Positions 21,835 through 32,239 of a stretch of DNA of 64,000 nucleotides are shown piece after piece. Made by a program: the position numbers and the translations under genes. Within the stretch, counting starts at the first letter, position 1. Every line of letters starts with the position of its first letter. The DNA comes from an uncultured candidatus Porisulfidus sp. (lineage in GTDB: Bacteria > Pseudomonadota > Gammaproteobacteria > Poriferisulfidales > Poriferisulfidaceae): assembly GCA_965204575.1 (NCBI GenBank), contig OZ241993.1, positions 672,001 to 736,000 of the forward strand, read 5' to 3'. Below the pieces are notes generated by a model. It was not told the origin of the DNA and did not search any database. It was given only the letters and a program-made list of their open reading frames with translations.

Positions 21835-22683
21835 TTATCGGGTCCGCCGTCCGACGGCTGTGATTGGCACTGTGGCGGTTTCACCGTGAGCACGCGAAAC
21901 AGGCGCAAGGGCATGCCCGAAAATAACCTCGTAAGTCGCGTGGACCCGCCCCTGATCGTCGATTGGATAGGCATCGGTCAGGGCTTGCCACTGATGTCGG
22001 GTGCAGGGCTGTTCGGCCGGGGAGTCGATACGACTTGAACCGATGCCCTTCAGTTCAATCATCAGGTCTCGAACCGACGCATAAGAGGCGTCTAACCGCT
22101 CGACGTCAAGAACCGGATCCTGATAGCCTTCTTCCAGCAGCAGGTCACCGATGGGGTGCATGTCGCTGAACTCGTTGACGCCGCCTTCCATGCCTGCCGC
22201 CTGTTGTGCGGCATGCAGTTCCTGCAGGGTGTCCGGGCCATAAGTCGAGAACATCAGCAGCCCGCCGGGGCGCAGCACGCGGCTGATCTCCCGCAGGGAC
22301 TCGGCCAGCGGCACACACCACTGCAAGGTGGAGCTTGAAAACACCAGGTCGGCCGTGCCGGGCGCGAAAGGCAGATGAAACGCGTCGGCCACGACGGAAG
22401 AACCGGGCTGTCCGCGCCTTTGATTCTGCCGCAGCATGGCGTGCGAGAAGTCGACCGCGACAACCCGGGCCTGGGGGTAGCGCTGGCGCAACTGCGCCGT
22501 TCCGTCCCCGGTTCCGGCACCCAGGTCCACCACGCATCCGGGATCCAACTGGACCAGGTCCAGTCGTTCGAGCAGCCGAAGGGTGATTTCGCGTTGCACG
22601 CCTGCAAACTCGTCGTAACGAGCCGCCGCGCGGTCGAATCTCCTGCGCAGTCTTGCCTGCCGGGAGTGATCCGGCTCGTTCAT
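21835..22683 (-). CDS. bioC: Malonyl-ACP O-methyltransferase
   Basis: [41 protein letters not shown]; start placed at ATG 22683. Confidence 0.9.
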   Translation of the reverse strand: MNEPDHSRQARLRRRFDRAAARYDEFAGVQREITLRLLERLDLVQLDPGCVVDLGAGTGDGTAQLRQRYPQARVVAVDFSHAMLRQNQRRGQPGSSVVADAFHLPFAPGTADLVFSSSTLQWCVPLAESLREISRVLRPGGLLMFSTYGPDTLQELHAAQQAAGMEGGVNEFSDMHPIGDLLLEEGYQDPVLDVERLDASYASVRDLMIELKGIGSSRIDSPAEQPCTRHQWQALTDAYPIDDQGRVHATYEVIFGHALAPVSRAHGETATVPITAVGRRTR

Positions 22684-23414
22684 CCGAGTGACTCCCAGAA
22701 TGTGCGCATCAGCTCCGCACACTGGCCCGGTTCCGACAGCGGCAGGGCATGCCCGGATCGGGGGACGAGGTCGAAGCGGGCCTCGGGGCGCAAGGTGTGC
22801 AGAGCCCGGCCTGCGTCCGCCGGAATCAGCGCGTCGCGTTCTCCCAGGATGCACTGTTGCGGGACCCGGCATCGGGTCCACGTCTCGCGCAGGTCCGTGT
22901 GTTCAAGCAGGTCCAGTCCCCGTTCGAGAGTCGGGCGGTCCGGAATCGATGTGGCCTGCAGTTGATCGCGGATTTGCTGGGCTTGGTCGTCGCCATGGGC
23001 GACCAAGGTCGCAAAATAGCGCATAGCGGCTTCAGAGTCCAGCTGGATGCGCTGGCGGAAGTCCTCGAATGCCGAAGCCCCGATGGCATGGGGCCAACCC
23101 TCGCGTTCGACCATGCAGGGCAGCGAGGCAAGCAGGGTCAACGAGCGCGGGCGAAGCCCGCCCTCAATGGCGGAAAGCGCCACCAGGCCGCCCATCGACC
23201 AGCCGACCCAATGCGCATCCTCGTATTCCGCCAGTTGCTCGGAATCCCGGCCATTGGACCGGCCGGGGGTTCCGTCGTACCCCGCGAGCGTGAGCCGGCG
23301 AACCGTATAATTGGCAGCGAGCCGCGTCGCGACCGGTTCCCACACGAATGAATGAAACCCGAATCCGTGAATCAGGATCACCGACGGTTTGCTTTTGGAA
23401 TCCGAGTTGGTCAT
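22680..23414 (-). CDS. bioH: Pimeloyl-ACP methyl ester carboxylesterase
   Basis: LIHGFG, GWSMGG nucleophile motif, GHALPLSEP; adjacent to bioC. Confidence 0.85.
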   Translation of the reverse strand: MTNSDSKSKPSVILIHGFGFHSFVWEPVATRLAANYTVRRLTLAGYDGTPGRSNGRDSEQLAEYEDAHWVGWSMGGLVALSAIEGGLRPRSLTLLASLPCMVEREGWPHAIGASAFEDFRQRIQLDSEAAMRYFATLVAHGDDQAQQIRDQLQATSIPDRPTLERGLDLLEHTDLRETWTRCRVPQQCILGERDALIPADAGRALHTLRPEARFDLVPRSGHALPLSEPGQCAELMRTFWESLG

Positions 23415-24030
23415 GAGTGCTGAAGTTCACCAGTTTCTTGTGCTGCTGAGCGTGGTGCTGGGCAGTTATCTGCTCGGCGCGGTCAACAGTGCTTTGATTA
23501 TAAGCAGGGTCTTTGACCTGAAAGATCCGCGCACCGAAGGTTCCGGCAATCCGGGTGCGACCAACATGCTGCGGGTCAGCAAGAACAAGAGATGGGGTGC
23601 GATGACCCTGGCCGGGGATGCCGGCAAGGGAGCGCTGGCGGTTTGGCTGGCCTCCTATTTTGCCGGAGAAAGCCTCCCTTCCTCTTGGCCGTCGCCGGAA
23701 GTGTTGGCTGCCGTCATGGCGGTGGTCGGGCACGTATGGCCGATCTACTACCGTTTTCAGGGCGGCAAGGGTGTGGCGACGCTGGCCGGGGTGATGGCGG
23801 TGCTGAATCCGCTGCTGCTGGCGATGGGACTGGCGACCTGGCTGTTCGGGTACGGGCTGTATCGGCGGGTATCGGCCGCCTCCATCGCGGTGAGTGCGGC
23901 CTTGCCGTTCTATGCCTGGGCGGTGCACCGGGACTGGGACCTGGTGTGGGCGGGCCTCTTTCTGGGCATCGTGGTCGTCTACCGTCACCAGGAGAACCTA
24001 CGCCGTCTTCTGCGCGGCGAGGAGGACTGA
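23413..24030 (+). CDS. plsY: Glycerol-3-phosphate acyltransferase PlsY
   Basis: YLLGA, DPRTEGSGNPGATNMLR, GHVWPI..FQGGKGVAT, RHQENLRRL. Confidence 0.95.
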   Translation: MSAEVHQFLVLLSVVLGSYLLGAVNSALIISRVFDLKDPRTEGSGNPGATNMLRVSKNKRWGAMTLAGDAGKGALAVWLASYFAGESLPSSWPSPEVLAAVMAVVGHVWPIYYRFQGGKGVATLAGVMAVLNPLLLAMGLATWLFGYGLYRRVSAASIAVSAALPFYAWAVHRDWDLVWAGLFLGIVVVYRHQENLRRLLRGEED

Positions 24031-24077
24031 ATCTAAACCGCGAGGGTTTTGCATTGCGACGGGTTCGTTGGACTTCC

Positions 24078-24335
24078 TTACTTCGTCCAGGGATCGATGG
24101 GGCGGGGCGGGGCGGTGTCGCGTTGCACAAAGCCCGCGAATTCCTCGTCCGTTAACCGGGCGCGCTGGCCGACAGTGGTGAGCAACGACCCCAACGCGGC
24201 CCTCCCTTCCGGCAGGACTGTTTCCTCCAGAATAGCGCGCACCTCGACCTCGGTGCTGCGGCCGCGAAGGGCGGCCCGCACACGCAGGGCGCGATGCACC
24301 TCGGCCGGTACATTTCGGACAATCAAAGTGGCCAT
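24078..24335 (-). CDS. FitA/StbC-like Arc/RHH antitoxin (no toxin partner seen)
   Basis: MATLIVRNVPAEVHRALRVRAALRGRSTEVEVRAIL. Confidence 0.85.
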   Translation of the reverse strand: MATLIVRNVPAEVHRALRVRAALRGRSTEVEVRAILEETVLPEGRAALGSLLTTVGQRARLTDEEFAGFVQRDTAPPRPIDPWTK

Positions 24336-24439
24336 AGTCAATCCCCAGTCATGATGAAAGCATTATCTACGTGATGGTTTCGCTTCAAGCGGGGCATGCC
24401 AATGCTTTTGGATGTGGGTGACCCATATGAAAGTTTCCG

Positions 24440-25600
24440 CTATCGCACTTCGGATTCTTCGGTCAGAACATCCAGGTATTGCTGGTGGCCAAAGAGACGA
24501 TTGCGTTTCTTCCCGGTCAGTTCGTGCACAATGCCAAGCTGCTCCAGCAATTTCACCCCGGCGGCTACGGCCGTATATGAAAGCCCCGTGTTTCGGGCCA
24601 TCTCCTGGAGGGATGCGATAGGGCGTTTTTGCAGCACTTGGTGTACTCGGAGCGCCGACCCGGCTTTGCGTCCTTCCTGCTGAATTCTTGCCCGGTCCTG
24701 TTCGAACATGTCGAGTAGACGCCGCGCGGTGGAGACGGCCCCTTGGGCGGTTTGCGTCACGCCGTCGAAAAAGAATCTGAGCCATGCCTCCCAGTCGCCG
24801 TTCTCCCTCACCTCATCGAGGAGTGCGTAGTACCGGTCCCGGTGCTGCTTGAAATAGAGACTCAAGTATAAAAGTGGCTGGCGTATGACGCCCGCGTTGT
24901 ACAGCGCGAGAGTGATCATCAGGCGGCCGACCCGGCCATTGCCGTCCAGGAACGGATGGATGGTCTCGAACTGGACATGGGCGAGACCTGTGCGCAGCAG
25001 TACCGGCAACCCATGCTTTTCGTCGTGGTAGAACTGCTCCAGGTTGCCCATGCAGGTTTCGACGTCATGGGGGGGCGGAGGCACGAAGCGCGCCCGTCCA
25101 GGGCGTGTCCCGCCGATCCAGTTCTGCGTCCTGCGGAATTCTCCCGGCATTTTTTCGCTGCCGCGGCCGTGGCTGAGCAACTTGCCGTGGATTTCTCGGA
25201 CGAGCCGGTTGCAAAGCGGGAACCCCTCCTCTAGTCGGAAGATTCCATGTTCCAACGCCGCGACATAGTTCGAGACTTCGATGACGTCGTCCAAGGGAGC
25301 GCCGGGTGCCTCTTCGAGCTCGAAGAGCAGAAGATCCGACAAGGTGGACTGGGTGCCCTCGATCTGAGAGGACAGGACCGCTTCCTTGCGCACATAGGTG
25401 TAGAGGAACTGGTGCACGTCAGGCAGGAGCGTGGACAGGCTGTCCAGTTGGCCGAGTGCCAGCAGTGCTTCTTCCATGGATCCCTGGAGAACGCCCAGGT
25501 CCAGCGAGGGCTCGGGCGGAAGAGGGTTGGGCACGAAAGCGCGCACCGTTTCACTGCCGGTGTGGGTGGTACTGAACTGGCCTGTGGGTCCCCGCCTCAT
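24440..25600 (-). CDS. Fic family protein with C-terminal HTH
   Basis: Catalytic HPFLDGNGRVGR; N-terminal autoinhibitory SSQIEGT motif. Confidence 0.93.
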   Translation of the reverse strand: MRRGPTGQFSTTHTGSETVRAFVPNPLPPEPSLDLGVLQGSMEEALLALGQLDSLSTLLPDVHQFLYTYVRKEAVLSSQIEGTQSTLSDLLLFELEEAPGAPLDDVIEVSNYVAALEHGIFRLEEGFPLCNRLVREIHGKLLSHGRGSEKMPGEFRRTQNWIGGTRPGRARFVPPPPHDVETCMGNLEQFYHDEKHGLPVLLRTGLAHVQFETIHPFLDGNGRVGRLMITLALYNAGVIRQPLLYLSLYFKQHRDRYYALLDEVRENGDWEAWLRFFFDGVTQTAQGAVSTARRLLDMFEQDRARIQQEGRKAGSALRVHQVLQKRPIASLQEMARNTGLSYTAVAAGVKLLEQLGIVHELTGKKRNRLFGHQQYLDVLTEESEVR

Positions 25601-25622
25601 GGTTTACCTTGTCGCGAAAATC

Positions 25623-25750
25623 AAAATAAGCAATCCCGTTATTATTATTTCATGCCTAAATAAAAATAACAAGCCTTTTTTGGTCAGGTTATTATGGAAT
25701 TGAAAATAAGAAAATGTCTTATTATTACTTCAGGGGTAAATCATAATAAT
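25623..25750. repeat. AT-rich repeated motif with about 40-bp period upstream of fic
   Basis: AAAATAA(G/C) at 25623, 25663 and 25703; the units at 25623 and 25703 share AAAATAAG-N8-TTATTATTA-(T/C)TTCA. Confidence 0.7.
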
Positions 25751-25853
25751 AAATTCTTCGTGTCGGTTGCCCAGAATGGAATGGGAATCCGGCATGGTGC
25801 GGAATTGAGAAAAGGACGCGTTTCAAAGACACAGCAAGTAGAATAAGGATCAA

Positions 25854-25927
25854 GCGGGTGTAGTTCAATGGTAGAACTTCAGCTTCCCAAGCTGATAACG
25901 AGGGTTCGATTCCCTTCACCCGCTCCA
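25854..25927 (+). tRNA. tRNA-Gly (CCC)
   Basis: GCGGGTGTAGTTCAATGGTAGAAC...TTCCCAA anticodon loop...GGTTCGATTCCC...CCCGCTCCA, 74 nt. Confidence 0.97.
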
Positions 25928-25940
25928 CTTTTGAGAACCG

Positions 25941-27035
25941 ATGAGCGATCCGGCCACCGTCGCGAAGACTGAACCGCAGGCTTTCATGCGCAGCGTTCTG
26001 CAGCGCATTGCGACCGGGCCCGAATACAGCAAGGATCTCCCGCAGGAAGAGGCGCGGGCCGCGCTGAACCTGATTCTGGACGGCCGGGCGGACCCGGTGC
26101 AGGCAGGGATTTTCTTTATTGCATTGCGCATGAAGCGGGAAACCCTGGAAGAAAACACCGGTTCGCTGGAAGCGCTGCGCGACCACACCGAGCCGGTGGT
26201 GGCGGACGTCACTCAGGTCGTGGATGTTGCAGAACCCTATGACGGCTTCGTGCGCGGGCTGCCGGTCGGGGCGTTCCTGCCGGCCGTGTTGAGTGCCTGC
26301 GGGCTGCCGGCGGTCTGCCATGGCGCCGAGGCGGTTGGGCCGAAGTTCGGAGTGACGCCGCGGCAGATTCTTCGCGCCTGCGGCGCAAACGTGGATCGCA
26401 CGACTGCAGAAGCAGCCGCACAGATCGGAGATCCCAAGTGTGGCTGGAGTTACGTGGATCAGTCACAGTTCTGTCCTGCCCTGCACCAGTTGCTGGAATT
26501 CCGCACCCGCATCGTCAAGCGCCCGGTGCTGACGACGGTGGAGGTGCTGCTCGCGCCGGTGCGCGGCCGCGACGCCACCCATTTGGTTACCGGCTACGTG
26601 CACAAGCCCTACCCGCCGGTATATGCGCACCTGGCCCGTGCCGCAGGGTTCGATTCCGCACTGATCGTGCGCGGCGTGGAGGGCGGCGTGTTTCCCTCGC
26701 TCAAACAGGCCGGGAAGGCGTTCGGGTTCCACGGGGACGAGGAAGAGACGGAGTGGGACTTCCACGCCGACGACCTGGATTTCACGCACGACAGTCGCGC
26801 GGTGCCTCTGCCGGATGGCGACCTGCCGACGGAGCAGATGGCGCAGGCGGCAGCCGAGGCCGGGATTTCGGCGTTGGCCGGGCAGGCGGGGCCGGCCAAG
26901 GACAGCCTGCAATATGCCGCGGCAATGATTCTGTCGCACCTCGACGGCAGCCGGGACATTCGGAGCCATTACTCCAGTGCGTGCGAAGCCATCGACAGTG
27001 GCCGGGCACGGGCACGTTTCGAAGCGGGTACGTGA
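25941..27035 (+). CDS. Anthranilate phosphoribosyltransferase-like (glycosyl transferase family 3 / YbiB-like) protein
   Basis: IATGPEYSKDL, QAGIFFIALRMKRET, GYVHKPY, VRGVEG; lacks the canonical TrpD GTGGD motif. Confidence 0.75.
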   Translation: MSDPATVAKTEPQAFMRSVLQRIATGPEYSKDLPQEEARAALNLILDGRADPVQAGIFFIALRMKRETLEENTGSLEALRDHTEPVVADVTQVVDVAEPYDGFVRGLPVGAFLPAVLSACGLPAVCHGAEAVGPKFGVTPRQILRACGANVDRTTAEAAAQIGDPKCGWSYVDQSQFCPALHQLLEFRTRIVKRPVLTTVEVLLAPVRGRDATHLVTGYVHKPYPPVYAHLARAAGFDSALIVRGVEGGVFPSLKQAGKAFGFHGDEEETEWDFHADDLDFTHDSRAVPLPDGDLPTEQMAQAAAEAGISALAGQAGPAKDSLQYAAAMILSHLDGSRDIRSHYSSACEAIDSGRARARFEAGT

Positions 27036-27466
27036 TGGCCATGGACGAATCGACCCAAGTGAGTCTGGAAAGCGGCATCGCGGCGTTCGCGTCCAAGCAG
27101 TTTTCGCGTGCGCTGCAACTGTTGACCCCGCTGGCTGAGGCGGGAGAGCCGGAAGCCCAGTACCGATGCGCGATCATGTGCCAGAATGGATTGGGTTGCG
27201 TGGTGGATGCCGGACGGGCTTTTACCTGGATGACTGCGTCGGCCGAAGCGGGTCTGGCATTGGCGCAACACGGCTTGGGGTTCATGTACATGGAGGGTGA
27301 ATGTGTTGAACAGGACGGGGAGAAAGCCGTGTACTGGTACGAAAAGGCGGCAGCTCAGGGACTGGCCGGCTCGCTGACCACGCTGGCCATGATGTACGAA
27401 GAAGGAAAACTGGTGCCGCAGGATACGGAGCGGGCCCGCGCCTTGTACAAAAAAGCAGGGTTCTGA
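27035..27466 (+). CDS. Sel1-repeat protein
   Basis: AEAGEPEAQY, AQHGLGFMYMEGECVEQDGEKAVYWYEKAAAQG repeats. Confidence 0.88.
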   Translation: MAMDESTQVSLESGIAAFASKQFSRALQLLTPLAEAGEPEAQYRCAIMCQNGLGCVVDAGRAFTWMTASAEAGLALAQHGLGFMYMEGECVEQDGEKAVYWYEKAAAQGLAGSLTTLAMMYEEGKLVPQDTERARALYKKAGF

Positions 27467-27472
27467 TTACAT

Positions 27473-28518
<1,046 letters not shown>

Positions 28519-28519
<1 letters not shown>

Positions 28520-29652
28520 TGCCGGCGGCGCGCGACGCGAAGACCCGCCTGGCACAGGCCCGCACCCGGTTGGTCCTGGATCGACCTTTCCTTGGCGCCC
28601 TGGTGCTGCAATTGCCGCTGGTGGAAGAGGAGGACTGGTGCCGCACCACTGCCACCGACACACAGAGTTTCTACTACAACCCTGCCTATATTGATCGTCT
28701 GACCGGTGAGGAGATCCAGTCAGTACTCTGCCATGAGGCTCTCCACTGCGCGCTGCTGCACTTGCATCGGAAAGGACACCGCGTACGGGGACGCTGGGAC
28801 GTCGCCTGTGATTATGCGGTGAATTGCCTGCTGGTCGCCGAGGACATGGTGCTCCCCCAAGGCGCCTTGTACGAACCGAAGTTCGCAGATCTTACAGCGG
28901 AAGAAATCTATCCTTGCCTTGACGAAATGGAGGACAAGCGGACCCAGGACTTGCATCTGTACAGCGATTCGTTGGGCCGGGAAGATCCGGCGGCCGGACC
29001 CCGCCCCCTCAGTTCGGCAAAGCAGAATGCCATGGCGGCGACCTGGCAAGCCCGGGTTTCGCGCGCCCTGGATGCGACTCGGCAGGCCGGGCGCCTGTCC
29101 GAGAGCTTCGAGCGGCATTTCTCCCCGCAACTGATGCCGCGCCTACCTTGGCGGCAGTTGCTCGCCCGTTACACCGGTGCGCTGGCACGTGACGACTACA
29201 GTTACCAGCGCACTTCGACGCGACGCGAAGGCCCTGCAATCTACCCAAGCCTCCGTGGGCGCGAAATCAATCTGGTCACTGCACTGGATGTCAGCGGTTC
29301 AATCTCTGATGCCGAGATCGCGGAATTCGTCGGCGAGGTCAACGCGCTCAAAGGAACCCTTCGCGCCCGCATCACGCTGCTGGCGTGTGATCAGGAACTG
29401 TCCTCGGAAGGCCCGAAAGTGTTCGAACCTTGGGAGACGCTGGAGCCTCCGACCCAAGTTAGCGGCGGCGGTGGTACTTCGTTCCGGCCAGTCTTCGAAT
29501 GGGTGAATCGTCAGGACCGAATGCCGGACCTGCTGCTGTATTTCACGGATGCCCGGGGCCGTTACCCAAAGACCGAGCCGCCTTATCCGGTACTGTGGCT
29601 GGTCAAGGGCCGCGCGCCCGTGCCGTGGGGCGAGAGAATCCAGTTGAACTGA
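28519..29652 (+). CDS. DUF2201-type metallopeptidase-like plus VWA domain protein
   Basis: HEALH (HExxH), MIDAS DVSGS, GGGGTSFRPVF, YFTD. Confidence 0.88.
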
Positions 29653-29657
29653 TCACG

Positions 29658-30749
29658 GTGCTGGCCGAGCCCGACCTGTTGCGCATGAACGTGCTGTTGA
29701 CTCAGCCGCTGCAGGCGGTCCGTATCGATGAGTCGCGGATGTGCCTGGAGGCTCTGACCGAGCAGGGCGAGGCGCGAGTGTCGCTGCATCCGAACACTCG
29801 TCCGGAATCCTACCTGCGCGAAGTGCGTGCCCTGCTGTCCACCCGGATTCTGGGTTCTCCGGGAGGGTATCCGCTGTACATTCGACGCTGGACCCGGATG
29901 GGCCAGGCACGTGACGATGGCTCACTGGAGCGGTTGTTGCTGCTGGGTGAACCGGAGGCGGTGGCGGCGGTGGTCCATGCGCCGGGACTGACGGAGGAGT
30001 TGGCGCGACGGGCCTGGTGGGTGGAACCGAACTCCGAACACGCCCGGCGGATGCTGGATAGCCCAGCTGTTGCCGACAGTGCGCTGGGCGCGACGCTGGT
30101 GGAATTTCTCCTCGAATTCCTGCCATTCGAGGAGCGTCCTGGCGACATCATTGCCTCCTTGCAGCGTCTGCTGCGTCACTCGTCATTGACGGAGGAGCAG
30201 CGGTCCGCCTTGTGGCAACGCGCCCAGCGCCAGTCCACCTACATGGTCGGATTTTTATCGGCGGGTGCCGAGTGCTTGCCGGAAATGCGCCCCCCGCACC
30301 CGAAACTCGAAGAGGTCCGGGCTGAAATCGGCCAAGATTCGGAAGACCTGCTCGCACAACGTCTTCTGTGGGCTCTCGATGCATCCGGACAGGGTTTTCT
30401 CGCGGCCGCCCAAAAAGCCCTCGCTCGTCCACCCAACCAAGACGTGGTGGTGGCCCTGTTGAACGCGATCGGGCAGGGGTTCGCCCTGCCTGAAGCCGCT
30501 GCATCGTTCCGCACGTTCAATGAACTGGAGAAGAGAATTGATGCTTTGCCAATCCAGGCCCCGTGGGAGGAAAACCCGGATTTGTCCGAATTCCGCCGTT
30601 CGGTGTTGTGCTTGGCCCGGGTCGGTGAGCGATTGTTGGATCCGATTTTTGGTGTGAGCGATGCGGTGGGGTCGGTCATGCGCCGGCGGATCGAACCGGT
30701 CGTCCAGCCGATCAGGGAATATTTGGAATGCCTGTCTGGCCATGAATGA
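29658..30749 (+). CDS. dsrS: DsrS-like protein (sulfur-oxidation associated)
   Basis: DLLRMNVLL..QAVRIDES...ILGSPGGYPLYIRRWTRMGQ...LLLLGEPEAV..VV resembles DsrS as recalled from Allochromatium vinosum; GTG start inferred. Confidence 0.75.
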   Translation: MLAEPDLLRMNVLLTQPLQAVRIDESRMCLEALTEQGEARVSLHPNTRPESYLREVRALLSTRILGSPGGYPLYIRRWTRMGQARDDGSLERLLLLGEPEAVAAVVHAPGLTEELARRAWWVEPNSEHARRMLDSPAVADSALGATLVEFLLEFLPFEERPGDIIASLQRLLRHSSLTEEQRSALWQRAQRQSTYMVGFLSAGAECLPEMRPPHPKLEEVRAEIGQDSEDLLAQRLLWALDASGQGFLAAAQKALARPPNQDVVVALLNAIGQGFALPEAAASFRTFNELEKRIDALPIQAPWEENPDLSEFRRSVLCLARVGERLLDPIFGVSDAVGSVMRRRIEPVVQPIREYLECLSGHE

Positions 30750-31593
30750 AGACCTGAAGATAAAACTGCCGGACGGAAGAACGCTGGCCTACGCCGAGTA
30801 CGGGGACTCCGGCGGTATCCCGGTTCTGGGTCTGCACGGCACGCCCGGGACCCGGCACATCTTTTCGCTCGGCGACGTTTCGGCTTGCAAGTATGGACTC
30901 CGCGTAATCGCGCCGGACCGGGCAGGCGTCGGAGATTCGGACGACCGCCCCGATCACAGTCTCGCGGGACATATCGAGGATGCCGTCGCGCTGCTGGATC
31001 ATCTCGGGATAGAGAAGTTCGCGGTGCTCGGTTTTTCCGGCGGGGGGCCCTATGCGGCGGAAGTCGCGAGGCAGGTGCCGCACCGGATACGGGCTCTGAC
31101 CCTGGTCAGCGCGCATGCGTTGAGCACGCCGCCCGGCCCGGGACATCGAGTCCTGATGAAACTGGCCAACGTCAGCATCCCGGTGGCCCGACTAATGTTC
31201 TTGGCGATTGCAATTCCTGCGGTCACAGCACCAAATTTCTCCCGGTTCCTGATTGGTCCCGGTCTTAATCGTAGTGATCGGCAGGCTTTGAGAGACCGGG
31301 AGATCCGTCGATGCCTTACCAAGGGCATTGCCGGAGTCCTCTGGAGTGGACGCGCGACCGCCTTTGAGGCGAGGAATTTCTATCGTGAACGCCCTCTTCC
31401 GCCGATGGCGCTGGATGTGCGGGTCCGAATCTGGCACGGGGCGGAAGACAAGGTGATTGTGCCGGAGGCGGCGTTTCTTTATTCGCGCATGTTTCCCGGC
31501 TCCTTTCTGACTGTCATCCCGGAGGTGGGACATCTGTGGGGGTTGGTGGCCTGCGACCAGGTGCTGGCGACCTTGGCCAGCGATTTGCGTTGA
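30742..31593 (+). CDS. Alpha/beta hydrolase
   Basis: LPDGRTLAYAEYG, HGTPG, GFSGGG, WHGAED, GH. Confidence 0.9.
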   Translation: MNEDLKIKLPDGRTLAYAEYGDSGGIPVLGLHGTPGTRHIFSLGDVSACKYGLRVIAPDRAGVGDSDDRPDHSLAGHIEDAVALLDHLGIEKFAVLGFSGGGPYAAEVARQVPHRIRALTLVSAHALSTPPGPGHRVLMKLANVSIPVARLMFLAIAIPAVTAPNFSRFLIGPGLNRSDRQALRDREIRRCLTKGIAGVLWSGRATAFEARNFYRERPLPPMALDVRVRIWHGAEDKVIVPEAAFLYSRMFPGSFLTVIPEVGHLWGLVACDQVLATLASDLR

Positions 31594-31668
31594 AGCTTCG
31601 ATGGGACTAAAGACATTCCGTACAATGTTGACATCGCACGTTCAAAGAAGATCGAAAAGGAACAGGAC

Positions 31669-32142
31669 ATGACCGGTGAAACCCGGCATTGCACTAACGG
31701 GCCGGATGTGGACACCAGGCTGGCCGCAGCTGAGGCATTAGCAACCATCGCTCATTCCGGCCAGGTAGATAAATCTGGTCGACCGTATAGGAACCATTTG
31801 GAACGGGTTGCGTCTCGACTAGGGCCGGACACACATTCGATCATCGTCGCATGGCTGCATGACGTCATTGAAGATACGGAGGTGACGGAGCAATGCATCC
31901 GATCAGTGATCGGGGAATCTGTCGCGGATGATGTGCTGGTACTGACTAGGCGTGATGGCGAGACCTACAAGGACTACATTGCTCGTGTGTGCGCACACGG
32001 GTCAGTCGAGGTGTGCAGGGTTAAGTTGGCAGATCTGCACGATCACTTGTCCGAGCGTTCCGGATATATTCTGCCTGACAGCCTCCGGAAAAGATACGAG
32101 ACGGCGGCTGAGACCTTGGAGGCAAGGCTATCAAGCGGTTGA
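31669..32142 (+). CDS. Stand-alone HD-domain protein (small alarmone hydrolase / Mesh1-like)
   Basis: AHSGQVDKSGRPYRNH, WLHDVIED, LTRR, VKLAD. Confidence 0.8.
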   Translation: MTGETRHCTNGPDVDTRLAAAEALATIAHSGQVDKSGRPYRNHLERVASRLGPDTHSIIVAWLHDVIEDTEVTEQCIRSVIGESVADDVLVLTRRDGETYKDYIARVCAHGSVEVCRVKLADLHDHLSERSGYILPDSLRKRYETAAETLEARLSSG

Positions 32143-32239
32143 TTGCAAACGGTCTGTACAGGAGAAAGCCCGTACCCGGGAAGACTGAGTGTACGACTAA
32201 AATCCAGACTGAATCGTCTCGGTTTTTTCGCCTTTGAAG

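Noticed and set aside
25623-25750. CRISPR array
   Set aside because: Repeats are too short, degenerate and few, and there are no cas genes; no CRISPR array was seen in the window.
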